Assembly (NCBI GenBank): GCA_930987745.1 | Contig: CAKNKX010000004.1 | Span: forward strand, 4,025 to 68,024 | Direction: 5' to 3' | Length of the DNA: 64,000 nucleotides | Source of the DNA: an uncultured Clostridium sp. | GTDB lineage: Bacteria > Bacillota > Clostridia > TANB77 > CAG-508 | Part shown: piece after piece, positions 52,709 through 62,502 of the stretch | Position numbering within the stretch: the stretch's first letter is position 1 | Layout: each line of letters begins with the position of its first letter | Notes under the pieces: generated by a model | Databases searched by the model: none | The model's input: the letters and a program-made list of their open reading frames with translations, nothing else | Told to the model about the DNA's origin: nothing | Made by a program: the position numbers and the translations under genes

Positions 52709-53035
52709 ATGAATTATATATTTATGGCTATATTTATAGCAATTTATTTAGTAGGTGCTGTTTCAATGGTTTATCAATTATACAAAATAACAATCATAGA
52801 TGCAAAAGCAAGAGGTTTAAAACACCCTAAACTAATGGGATTACTTACGACAAGTGGACAAAGTTCTGAAGGTCTAATACTATATTTATTAAAAAGAAGA
52901 AAATATCCAATAAAAAATATAACAGATTCAGAAAAAGAAGAGATTTCTAAAAGAAAAAGAATAATATTAGTAGGTATTATATTTATGGTTATAGGTGCTA
53001 TTGGTTTTGTTTATGTATTAATACCTAAGATTTAA
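52709..53035 (+). CDS. small two-TM membrane protein
   Basis: DAKARGLKHPK between TM segments; originally coupled to the XRE gene 50729-51136. Confidence 0.75.
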   Translation: MNYIFMAIFIAIYLVGAVSMVYQLYKITIIDAKARGLKHPKLMGLLTTSGQSSEGLILYLLKRRKYPIKNITDSEKEEISKRKRIILVGIIFMVIGAIGFVYVLIPKI

Positions 53036-53051
53036 AGAATAAAATTAAAAT

Positions 53052-53160
53052 TTGACAAAATGTAAAAACGATATTATAATACCACAATAAAAGTGCCTTA
53101 AAGCACAAAACATCCCCTTTTATTTTATAGAGAGTCGCTAGAAATAGTGGCTCTCGTTTT
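53052..53160 (+). ncRNA. putative small RNA with its own promoter and terminator
   Basis: TTGACA-17-TATAAT (53052-53080), GTGC..GCAC hairpin, AAAACATCCCCTTTT, GAAA-loop terminator; no ORF; similar unit at 58773-58858. Confidence 0.5.
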
Positions 53161-53166
53161 GATTTA

Positions 53167-53196
53167 TCTTACAAAAATGTAAGACAAATGTAAGAT
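53167..53196 (+). promoter_or_regulatory. BceR/GraR-type response regulator site
   Basis: TCTTACA-AAAA-TGTAAGA palindrome plus an extra TGTAAGA upstream of bceAB-like genes. Confidence 0.6.
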
Positions 53197-53263
53197 TAAA
53201 AAATGGCAAGGAAATATTTAAAGTTTTATAATATAGTTAGAACATAGGAAAGGAGATTTTATA

Positions 53264-54031
53264 ATGAGTAATGTATTAGAGGTAAAAAACATTGAAAAAT
53301 ACTATGGAAATAAATCAAATTTAACAAAGGCGATAGATGGTATTAGTTTTAATGTTGGAGAGGGAGAATTTGTTGGAATAATGGGAGCATCAGGATCAGG
53401 TAAAACAACATTATTAAATTGTATTTCGACAATAGACAGAGTAACAGCAGGAAAGATTATTATAAATAATCAAGACATTACAAAACTAAAAGGCAATAAA
53501 CTAAATAAATTTAGAAGGGAAGAATTGGGATTTATATTTCAAGATTTTAACTTGTTAGATACTTTAACGGCTTATGAAAATATCGCACTTGCTTTAACAA
53601 TTCAAAAAGTAAATTCACACGAAATAGATAAGAAAGTAAAAGAAATAGCACAAAAACTTGAAATATCAGAAATACTAAATAAATATCCTTATCAAATTTC
53701 TGGTGGGCAAAAACAAAGAGTAGCATCAGCAAGAGCGATTATAACAAACCCTAAAATGGTACTTGCAGATGAGCCAACTGGAGCATTAGATTCAAAGTCA
53801 GCAAGGCAACTATTAGAAACATTTGAACACTTAAATCAAAAATTAGGTGCTACAATTTTAATGGTAACACATGATGCTTTTACAGCTAGTTATGCAGAAA
53901 GAATTATATTTATTAAAGACGGAAAGATATTCAATGAATTAGTAAAAGGTGAGGACACAAGAAAACAATTCTTTGAAAAAATAATCGAGGTGCAAACACT
54001 TCTTGGAGGTGATTTGAACGATGTTATTTAA
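53264..54031 (+). CDS. BceA-like ABC ATP-binding protein
   Basis: GASGSGKTT, ISGGQKQRV, LADEPTGALDS and MVTHD. Confidence 0.92.
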   Translation: MSNVLEVKNIEKYYGNKSNLTKAIDGISFNVGEGEFVGIMGASGSGKTTLLNCISTIDRVTAGKIIINNQDITKLKGNKLNKFRREELGFIFQDFNLLDTLTAYENIALALTIQKVNSHEIDKKVKEIAQKLEISEILNKYPYQISGGQKQRVASARAIITNPKMVLADEPTGALDSKSARQLLETFEHLNQKLGATILMVTHDAFTASYAERIIFIKDGKIFNELVKGEDTRKQFFEKIIEVQTLLGGDLNDVI

Positions 54032-56117
54032 GTTATCTTTTAGAAATATGAAAAAGAGTTTTAAAGACTATGCAATATACTTTTTAACTTTAGTATTAGG
54101 TGTAGCGATATTCTATATGTTCAATAGTATAGACAGTCAACAAGCAATGATAGAAGTATCACAGTCAACCAGAGAGATGATACAATTATTAATTCAAATG
54201 CTTGGGATGGTTTCAGTATTTATTGCTATAGTTCTAGGATTTCTAATTGTATATGCAAATAACTTTTTAATAAATAGAAGAAAAAGAGAATTTGGTATAT
54301 ATATGTCGCTTGGTATGGGCAGAAGGCAAATATCTGGAATTATTTTACTTGAAACAATACTAATTGGAATTTTATCATTAGCAGTTGGACTATTTATAGG
54401 AATATTTGCATCACAGTTTATGTCTATATTAGTTGCAAAATTATTTGAAGCAGATATGAGTGAATTTACATTTGTATTTTCAAAAGATGCTTGTATAAAG
54501 ACTTGTATATATTTTGCAGTAATGTATATTGCAGTAATAATATTTAACACATTAACTATTTCAAGATATAAACTAATCAATTTACTAACAGCAGTAAAGA
54601 AAAACGAAAAGGTTAAATTAAAAAATCCAATTATTTCAATACTTATATTTATAGCATCAAGTGTACTACTTGGATATGCCTATTATCTAGTAACTGGTGG
54701 AGTTTATGAATTAAGAACAGGTGAACAATTATTAAAGCCAATTCTAATGGGAGTAATTGGAACAGTTGGAGTATTCTGGTCATTATCAGGATTTATATTA
54801 AGACTTATACAAACAAGAAAAAGTGTTTATTTAAAAGGAACAAATATGTTTGTGTTAAGACAATTAAATAACAAAATAAATACTAATATAGTTAGTATGA
54901 CAGTTATTTGTTTAATGTTATTTATGACAATTAGTGCATTATCAAGCAGTTTATCAATACAATCAGCATTGGATTCACAATTAGAAAAATTTACACCAGT
55001 AGATGTTAACTTATACAAAACAGCATATCTTCCAGAAAGTTATGTAAGTTCATATAGTGGAAAAACAATATATAATACAGAAACACAAATAGAAGATTCA
55101 AGGCATCCTGTAAGTTATACACTTGAAACAAATGGATATGATATGAATAATTTAAAAGATATTGTAGAAATACCAATCTATGCAATTCCAGAATGGACTT
55201 TGAAAGTAAGTTTAGGAGATTATTCGGAAACAGCAATGCAACAATTTTCAATGCTTGCTTATGATACACCAGAAACTGTAATAAAAATTTCAGATTACAA
55301 TAAAATTGCAAAACTTTATGGAGAAGAAGAATATTCATTAAATGATGATGAGTATATAGTTCTTTGTGATTTTGAACAAATGATGGATATAAGAAATGAA
55401 GCACTAAAACAAAATTCTAATATAGAAATAAATGGAAAAACATATCATTCAAAATATAATGAATGTAAAGACGGTTTTGTTATGATGTCAACTACCTATA
55501 TGAACGCAGGTATCATATTAGTACCAGATAGCTTTGAGATAAAGGAAGAAAATACAGAACAATACTTTTTAGCAGCTAACTATAATGTAGAAACTGAAGA
55601 AGAAAAAATTGAGTTAAATAATGTTCTTGCAGGTGAAGTTGATAGTGAATTATTTGACAATTTATCAGAAAAAGAAATAAATCTTGAAGGAATGACAAAG
55701 ATTAGCTTAACAGAAGCTAGTAAAGGTTTATCAACAATTATCATATTTATAGCAATTTATTTAGGTATTGTATTCCTTATTGCAAGTTCAGCTATTTTAG
55801 CCTTAAAACAACTAACTGAAAGTTCTGACAACAAACAAAGATATACAATATTAAGAAAAATTGGTTGTGATGAAAAAATGATAAATCAAGCACTATTTAG
55901 ACAAATATTCATATTCTTCATGATGCCACTTACTTTAGCAATAGTACATTCAATATTTGGAATTAAATTTATCTTATCAATTCTTGCAGCCCTTGCTTCA
56001 CCAGATGAATTACTACCATCAATTATTGTAACAGCAGTAATCATTGGAGCAATTTATGGATTATATTTCCTAGCAACATATTTCGGAAGTAAAAACATAA
56101 TTAAAGAGGAGGAATAG
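54021..56117 (+). CDS. BceB-like (FtsX domain) ABC permease
   Basis: RRKREFGIYMSLGM; large extracellular loop; YTILRKIG. Confidence 0.9.
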   Translation: MLFKLSFRNMKKSFKDYAIYFLTLVLGVAIFYMFNSIDSQQAMIEVSQSTREMIQLLIQMLGMVSVFIAIVLGFLIVYANNFLINRRKREFGIYMSLGMGRRQISGIILLETILIGILSLAVGLFIGIFASQFMSILVAKLFEADMSEFTFVFSKDACIKTCIYFAVMYIAVIIFNTLTISRYKLINLLTAVKKNEKVKLKNPIISILIFIASSVLLGYAYYLVTGGVYELRTGEQLLKPILMGVIGTVGVFWSLSGFILRLIQTRKSVYLKGTNMFVLRQLNNKINTNIVSMTVICLMLFMTISALSSSLSIQSALDSQLEKFTPVDVNLYKTAYLPESYVSSYSGKTIYNTETQIEDSRHPVSYTLETNGYDMNNLKDIVEIPIYAIPEWTLKVSLGDYSETAMQQFSMLAYDTPETVIKISDYNKIAKLYGEEEYSLNDDEYIVLCDFEQMMDIRNEALKQNSNIEINGKTYHSKYNECKDGFVMMSTTYMNAGIILVPDSFEIKEENTEQYFLAANYNVETEEEKIELNNVLAGEVDSELFDNLSEKEINLEGMTKISLTEASKGLSTIIIFIAIYLGIVFLIASSAILALKQLTESSDNKQRYTILRKIGCDEKMINQALFRQIFIFFMMPLTLAIVHSIFGIKFILSILAALASPDELLPSIIVTAVIIGAIYGLYFLATYFGSKNIIKEEE

Positions 56118-56121
56118 TGCT

Positions 56122-56613
56122 ATGTTCGGTTTCTTTAAATTAATTATAGTATTTATAGTTGGACTAATAATTTTAGGAGCTAGTTTTTTTACAAGCATTT
56201 TTACGAATAGTGCAGTTTCAAAAGATAGTGCTATGAATACTTATAATAACTTTTTACAAGATGTTTCGAGTTTAGGAATTACAAGTGATAATAAAATACA
56301 AGGAGAAAGAACATTTGGAATTGATGAATATGTTGGAACATACAAAGCAAACTACAATAATACAACAAAGGAAGAAACTATATTTGGTGGTACTGCTTTA
56401 GATAGAGAAAATGGAAATACCATAAAACTTAAAATAAAAGTAGATAAACAAAATGGAGATATAGAAATTATAAACAAACTAGGAACTGAAAATGAAATTT
56501 TAATAAGTGATACTGGAGAAATAGAGAAAACTATTGATGTCAAAGAAAAAAGTTATTATTTAATAATTAAAACAAATAACTTTACTGGAAATGTCGATAT
56601 AGTATCAAAGTAG
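56122..56613 (+). CDS. membrane-anchored hypothetical protein
   Basis: N-terminal TM; in operon with the bceAB-like genes. Confidence 0.65.
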   Translation: MFGFFKLIIVFIVGLIILGASFFTSIFTNSAVSKDSAMNTYNNFLQDVSSLGITSDNKIQGERTFGIDEYVGTYKANYNNTTKEETIFGGTALDRENGNTIKLKIKVDKQNGDIEIINKLGTENEILISDTGEIEKTIDVKEKSYYLIIKTNNFTGNVDIVSK

Positions 56614-56619
56614 GAGGTA

Positions 56620-56979
56620 TTGAAAATGGAAAGTTTTAAAGAAAAATTGCCAATGATAATAGCTGTAATTATAGTGATAGCTTTAATAGTAGGAGCATAC
56701 TACTTTTTAGTAATACATAAAGACTTATATTATACACAAATAGACAATACAAAAATACAAGAAATTACCGAATCAGGAGGTATGAAGTACGAATACACAT
56801 TAACAGCATATAACAAAAATGGAAAAGAAAAAGAAATCAAATTTAAAACAAGCAGAGAATTAAGAGAAGATGCCTATTTGGAATTAGAAGTAATGCAAAT
56901 TCGTGGAGTTGTAAATTGGAAAGAAGTACAAGCTAATGAATTGCCAGAAGATGTTAAAACAGCAATGAATGTGGAATAA
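56620..56979 (+). CDS. YxeA (DUF1093) family protein
   Basis: YEYTLTAYNKNGKEKEIKF...LREDAYL...V..W.EV..ELP. Confidence 0.8.
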   Translation: MKMESFKEKLPMIIAVIIVIALIVGAYYFLVIHKDLYYTQIDNTKIQEITESGGMKYEYTLTAYNKNGKEKEIKFKTSRELREDAYLELEVMQIRGVVNWKEVQANELPEDVKTAMNVE

Positions 56980-57018
56980 TTAAAAAAATAAATGTAAAAA
57001 GAAATGAGGTGGTAAAAG

Positions 57019-57717
57019 ATGAAAAAGTTATTTAAAGTATTAATTTTCTTGATACTAATTGGAATGAGTATAGCACTATTATTCATTGGTAATGGTTATA
57101 ATATGTATAAAGAAGCAATAGAAAATATGCCTCTTGAAGAAAAAGTAGAAGAAATAAGGTCAAAAGAAAATTATGCAGAGTTTTCAGAATTACCACAAAT
57201 GTATGTAAATGCAGTAATAAGTGTAGAAGATAAGAGATTTTATAAACATAATGGAATAGATATAATCGCAATAGGTAGAGCAGCAATAAATGATATAAAA
57301 GCAATGTCTTATGTAGAAGGTGGAAGTACAATAACACAACAATTAGCAAAAAATATGTACTTTACACAAGAAAAGAAAATGGAAAGAAAAATTGCTGAAG
57401 TATTTATGGCTTGGAACATAGAATCACATTACTCAAAAGAAGATATATTTGAATTGTATGTAAATAACATTTTCTTTGGAGATGGCTATTATACAGTAAA
57501 AGAGGCTTGCGGAGGATACTTTAATAAAGAATTAAATGAAATGACAGATTACGAATGTATATTACTTGCAGGTATTCCAAATGCACCATCAGTTTATGCA
57601 CCAACTAAAAATCCAGATTTAGCAAAACAAAGACAAAGGCAAGTGATGGAAAAGATGATAGAAAATAAATTTTTAACAGAAGATGAAGCAAATGAAATAT
57701 TAAAACAAGCAGAATAG
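57019..57717 (+). CDS. monofunctional peptidoglycan transglycosylase (GT51)
   Basis: EDKRFYKHNG, GGSTITQQLAKN, RKIAE and LAGIPNAPS. Confidence 0.9.
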   Translation: MKKLFKVLIFLILIGMSIALLFIGNGYNMYKEAIENMPLEEKVEEIRSKENYAEFSELPQMYVNAVISVEDKRFYKHNGIDIIAIGRAAINDIKAMSYVEGGSTITQQLAKNMYFTQEKKMERKIAEVFMAWNIESHYSKEDIFELYVNNIFFGDGYYTVKEACGGYFNKELNEMTDYECILLAGIPNAPSVYAPTKNPDLAKQRQRQVMEKMIENKFLTEDEANEILKQAE

Positions 57718-57796
57718 AATAACTGTGCTAATTGTAGAGAATCAGTTAGCACAGACATCCTCTAAAAAGGAGGAAATATAAAATTGGAGGAATTAA

Positions 57797-58009
57797 ATGA
57801 AAGAAGAAAGTAATGTAGAAAAATTATCTGGACTAATTTTGAAATTATTAAAAGTATTTATTGTTTTTGTAATACTCGCTGTAATTGCAATAATAGGTTT
57901 AGGAATATATGCTTTGACTACAAAAGGAGATAAACAAGCAGAAAGTAAGGAAGTAGCAATATATCAATACAACGATATGGTATATCCAGTAGAAACACAA
58001 ATAATCTAG
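57797..58009 (+). CDS. small membrane protein
   Basis: GGAGG RBS; single TM. Confidence 0.6.
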   Translation: MKEESNVEKLSGLILKLLKVFIVFVILAVIAIIGLGIYALTTKGDKQAESKEVAIYQYNDMVYPVETQII

Positions 58010-58094
58010 TAAAATTTATAAAAAATTAAGAATTAATAAAAAGAATCATAAGAATTGTAATTTATAATAGATAAAGAGGAGAAAAAATTGGAGT

Positions 58095-58769
58095 ATGGAA
58101 GAAACAAGCAATTCAATTATGATAATAGATAAAGAAAAAATAATACAAAAACTAACAAAAATATTTTGGATATTTTTAATAGGTAGTATAATAGGCTATG
58201 GTTTAGAAATGATTGTTGGTTTAGTACAAAACGGACATTTTGTATCAAGACAAGGTTTATTATTTGGACCGTTCATACAAGTATATGGAGTAGGACTTGT
58301 TGCTTATTATTTAGTTATCTCAAATATAAAAAAGAAAAGCTACATTAAAATATTTTTTATAACAATGTTACTTGGAGGAATAGTAGAATATCTATTTTCT
58401 TATTTACAAGAAACTTGGTTTGGAACAATATCTTGGGATTATAGCAATTTATTATTTAATATACATGGAAGAACAAGTTTATTACATTGCTTATATTGGG
58501 GAATAGGTGGAGTTCTTTTTGTAAGATTTATATTACCACTTATTCGTAACCTAAATGAATGGTGTAAAAATACAAATTTTAGATTTATAACAGCTTTTTT
58601 AGTACTGTTTATAACATTTGATATAGTAATGTCAGGTATGGCTGGATCAAGGCAATTAGAAAGAAAAAATAATATTGCAGCTAATGGATATATAGATAAT
58701 TTTTTTGATGAATATTATCCAGATGAAAAGTTAGAGCAAATATATTCAAATGCAAAAACCGTAAATTAG
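58095..58769 (+). CDS. putative ABC-type permease (CmpB-like membrane family)
   Basis: GLLFGPFIQVYGVG, VEYL.S...WDYS...NIHGR. Confidence 0.75.
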   Translation: MEETSNSIMIIDKEKIIQKLTKIFWIFLIGSIIGYGLEMIVGLVQNGHFVSRQGLLFGPFIQVYGVGLVAYYLVISNIKKKSYIKIFFITMLLGGIVEYLFSYLQETWFGTISWDYSNLLFNIHGRTSLLHCLYWGIGGVLFVRFILPLIRNLNEWCKNTNFRFITAFLVLFITFDIVMSGMAGSRQLERKNNIAANGYIDNFFDEYYPDEKLEQIYSNAKTVN

Positions 58770-58944
58770 TATAGTGCTAATTGTAGATGAAGCAATTAGC
58801 ACACAAAACATCCCCTTTTATTTTCGAGAGAGAATCATTAGAAATAGTGATTCTCTTTTAGCTTCTAAATAAATTTGAAAAAAGAATTTAATTATGATAA
58901 TATTTTAGTTAGAAAAAATAAAAAAGTTATAGGAGGTATTGTTT

Positions 58945-59643
58945 ATGATTAAATTAGTTTTAGTAAGACACGGACAAAGTGCGTGGAATTTAGAAAATAA
59001 ATTTACTGGATGGACTGATGTACCATTATCAGAAAATGGTATTGAAGAAGCAAAAGAGGCTGGAAGAATATTAAAAGAAAAAGATTTTCATTTTGATATT
59101 GCTTTTACATCAGTTTTAAAAAGAGCGGAAGACACTTTAGACTATATATTAAAAGAAATGGGAGAAGAAAATATAGAAATTAAAAGAAGTTGGAAGTTGA
59201 ATGAAAGACATTATGGGGCATTACAAGGACTAAATAAAGATGAAACAAGAGAAAAGTATGGAGCTGAACAAGTATTATTATGGAGAAGAAGTACAAATGT
59301 AAGACCACCAGAATTAGAGGTAACAGATGAAAGGTATCCAGGCAATGATCCCAAATATAAAGGTTTAACAGAAAATGAATTACCTAAAACAGAAAACTTG
59401 TTAGACACTATAAAAAGAGTTTTAGAATATTGGAATACAGATATTAAACCTGAAATAGAAAAAGGAAAGAGAGTAATTATAGCAGCACATGGAAATAGTT
59501 TAAGAGGGCTAATTAAATATTTAGACAATATAAGTGATGAAGATATTATAAAATTAGAGTTACAAACAGGAAATCCAATTTGTTATGAATTAGATAATGA
59601 TTTAAAACCAATTAGACATTATTATCTAAAAGAAAAAGAATAA
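58945..59643 (+). CDS. gpmA: 2,3-bisphosphoglycerate-dependent phosphoglycerate mutase
   Basis: [34 protein letters not shown] and AAHGNSLR. Confidence 0.95.
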   Translation: MIKLVLVRHGQSAWNLENKFTGWTDVPLSENGIEEAKEAGRILKEKDFHFDIAFTSVLKRAEDTLDYILKEMGEENIEIKRSWKLNERHYGALQGLNKDETREKYGAEQVLLWRRSTNVRPPELEVTDERYPGNDPKYKGLTENELPKTENLLDTIKRVLEYWNTDIKPEIEKGKRVIIAAHGNSLRGLIKYLDNISDEDIIKLELQTGNPICYELDNDLKPIRHYYLKEKE

Positions 59644-59661
59644 TTTGTTAGGAGCAAGAAA

Positions 59662-60645
59662 ATGAAAGAAATATATCCAGAACAAATGAAAATGAAATAT
59701 AATGATAAATACAAAAGTATATTTACTATGTATGATGGAAAAGAATTGAGCCAAATGACATTTTATCATTTATTTCCTGGATTAGATTTAATATATAATA
59801 AATTTAATACTGAAATTTCTCCAACAAGTAGTAAAGATATTGAAAGAGATTATGTAGAAATTAATTATTGTAAAAGAGGAATATTTGAATGTACTATGCC
59901 AGAAGATAAATTACTTTTTTTAGGAGAAGGTGAAATTTCAGCTAATATAAATAAAATTCAAAGAATAGAGGCAGTATTTACAAAAGGATATTATGAAGGT
60001 ATTGAACTTTTAATAAGTATAGAAGAACTAGAAAAAAATATTCCTCCAATGTTTAGCCAAATTATTGATAATATAAAAGAATTAAAAACAGTATTATTAA
60101 ATAATAATATGGGAATAATTTTAAAACCAATAAAAGAGATGATCCATATATTTGATGAACTATATTATATAAATCCAGAAGAAAATAAATTATATGCTCA
60201 AATAAAAGTTTTAGAGCTGCTTTTAGTTTTTACTACAATACCAATGAATAATGAAAATAAGAAGAAAAGATATATTGAAAAAGCACAAGTAGATAAAATT
60301 AAAAAGATACATGATTTTTTAATAAGAAATTTAGATAAAAAAATAACAATAGAAATGCTTTCTAAAAAATATAATATGGGAACAACACCGCTTAAAATAT
60401 ATTTTAAAGAAATATATGGAGAGCCAATTTATACTTATTTAAAAGACTATAAGATACATAGAGCATTACATTTATTAGAAGAAACAAATAAAAATATAAG
60501 TGAAATTGCAGGAATTGTTGGCTATGATAACAGCAGTAAATTTGCAAAAGTCTTTAAAGATAAATTGGGATGCACACCAACAGAATATAAAAAACAAAAA
60601 GTCCATTTGGAGCATCAAAGACTATTTGGGGTAGAAATAAAATAA
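59662..60645 (+). CDS. AraC family transcriptional regulator
   Basis: C-terminal ISEIAGIVGYDNSSKFAKVFK...G.TP.EY. Confidence 0.9.
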   Translation: MKEIYPEQMKMKYNDKYKSIFTMYDGKELSQMTFYHLFPGLDLIYNKFNTEISPTSSKDIERDYVEINYCKRGIFECTMPEDKLLFLGEGEISANINKIQRIEAVFTKGYYEGIELLISIEELEKNIPPMFSQIIDNIKELKTVLLNNNMGIILKPIKEMIHIFDELYYINPEENKLYAQIKVLELLLVFTTIPMNNENKKKRYIEKAQVDKIKKIHDFLIRNLDKKITIEMLSKKYNMGTTPLKIYFKEIYGEPIYTYLKDYKIHRALHLLEETNKNISEIAGIVGYDNSSKFAKVFKDKLGCTPTEYKKQKVHLEHQRLFGVEIK

Positions 60646-60729
60646 TAAAAGTTATATAAAGATAGGTGATATTTTAATAATACACCTATTTTTTGTGATT
60701 AAAATAGGTTATAGAAAGAAGGGAGAGTT

Positions 60730-62502
60730 TTGAAAAATAATAATTTTAAAGAATTAATGTCTTATGCTGGTAAGTATAAAATACTAACATATTTATCACT
60801 TGTTTTGGGTGCTATTAGTGGAATTTTAGCATTAGTACCATTTATTTATATATGGCTTATTATAAAAGAGGTCATAGAAGTTATGCCGAATTTTGCAGAT
60901 GCAACTAATATGATACATAATGGTTGGATGGCAGTAATATTTGCTTTACTTGCAATGATTGTTAATTTTTCTGCTTTAATGTGTTCACACTTGTCTGCAT
61001 TTAGAATAGCTTCAAATATGAGAATAAAATTATTAAAACACATAACAAAATTACCAATCGGAAAAATTGACGATATTGGCACAGGAAAGTTAAGGAAAAT
61101 AGTATCAGAAGCAACTGGGGCAACAGAAACATATTTAGCACATCAATTACCAGATATGTCAGTAGCAATAGCAACTCCAATATGTATGATTATTCTATTG
61201 TTTGTATTTGATTGGAAGTTAGGGATAGTAAGTTTAATTCCAACAATTTTGGGATTTTTTGCAATGTCAAAAATGGTTGGAAAAGCAATGCAAGACGATA
61301 TGAAAAGCTATCAAGATTCATTAGAGGATATGAATAATCAAGCAGTAGAATATGTAAGAGGTATGCCTGTTGTAAAAACATTTGGACAGAGTGTATATAC
61401 ATTCAAGAAATTTAAAAGTTCTATTGACAACTATGATAATTTTTGTATGTCATATACTAAAAAAGCAAGAAAACCAATGCTACAATTTCAAACATTTATA
61501 AATAGTGTATTTGCATTTCTAATAGCAGTTACTTTAATAATAGTAGGTAGAGGAACAATAGATCAAACATTTTTCTTAAATTTATTATTCTATATTATTT
61601 TTACTCCAGTAATCAGTACAACATTAAGTAAAGTAATGTTTATGAGTGAAAATAAAATGTTAGTTGCAGATAGTTTGCAAAGAATACATAGTATTTTAGA
61701 TATTAAACCACTAAGCAATAATGAAAATAAAGTGAATATCAAAGATAATTCTATTGAACTTATAAATGTAAAATTCAAATATGAAAATAGTAAATCTAAT
61801 GCTATTGATGGAATATCATTAAAAATAAAACCAAATGAAACGATAGCGTTAGTCGGACCTTCTGGAAGTGGCAAATCAACACTTGCTAATTTAATTTCAA
61901 GATTTTATGATGTAGATAGTGGAGAAATTCTAATAGGTGATGTAAATGTAAAAGATATAGAAAAGAAAGAACTTATGAACACAATATCTTTTGTATTTCA
62001 GAATAGTAAATTATTAAAAACGAGTATTTATGAAAATGTAAAAATGGCAAAACCAAATGCTACAAAAGTGGAAGTGTTACACGCGTTACATTTAGCACAA
62101 TGTGATGATATAATTCAAAAATTACCAAAAGGAATAGATACTGTAATTGGAACAAAAGGAGTATATTTATCTGGAGGAGAAGAACAAAGAATTAATATAG
62201 CAAGAATAATGTTAAAAGATTCAAAAGTAGTAATTTTAGACGAAGCAACAGCATTTGCTGATCCAGAAAATGAAATACAAGTACAAAAAGCATTTGAGGA
62301 ATTATCAAAAAATAAAACAGTAATAATGATAGCACATAGATTATCTACTATAAAAAATGTAGATAAAATATATGTTTTAAATAATGGAAAAATAGAAGAA
62401 GAAGGAAATCACGAAGAACTATTAAATAAAAACGGATTATATAAAGAAATGTGGGATAATTATCAAACTTCAATTTCATGGAAAGTAGGTGAAAATGTAT
62501 GA
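60730..62502 (+). CDS. ABC transporter, fused permease/ATPase (YbtP/IrtA-like)
   Basis: GPSGSGKST, LSGGEEQR and LDEATAFADPENE. Confidence 0.9.
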   Translation: MKNNNFKELMSYAGKYKILTYLSLVLGAISGILALVPFIYIWLIIKEVIEVMPNFADATNMIHNGWMAVIFALLAMIVNFSALMCSHLSAFRIASNMRIKLLKHITKLPIGKIDDIGTGKLRKIVSEATGATETYLAHQLPDMSVAIATPICMIILLFVFDWKLGIVSLIPTILGFFAMSKMVGKAMQDDMKSYQDSLEDMNNQAVEYVRGMPVVKTFGQSVYTFKKFKSSIDNYDNFCMSYTKKARKPMLQFQTFINSVFAFLIAVTLIIVGRGTIDQTFFLNLLFYIIFTPVISTTLSKVMFMSENKMLVADSLQRIHSILDIKPLSNNENKVNIKDNSIELINVKFKYENSKSNAIDGISLKIKPNETIALVGPSGSGKSTLANLISRFYDVDSGEILIGDVNVKDIEKKELMNTISFVFQNSKLLKTSIYENVKMAKPNATKVEVLHALHLAQCDDIIQKLPKGIDTVIGTKGVYLSGGEEQRINIARIMLKDSKVVILDEATAFADPENEIQVQKAFEELSKNKTVIMIAHRLSTIKNVDKIYVLNNGKIEEEGNHEELLNKNGLYKEMWDNYQTSISWKVGENV

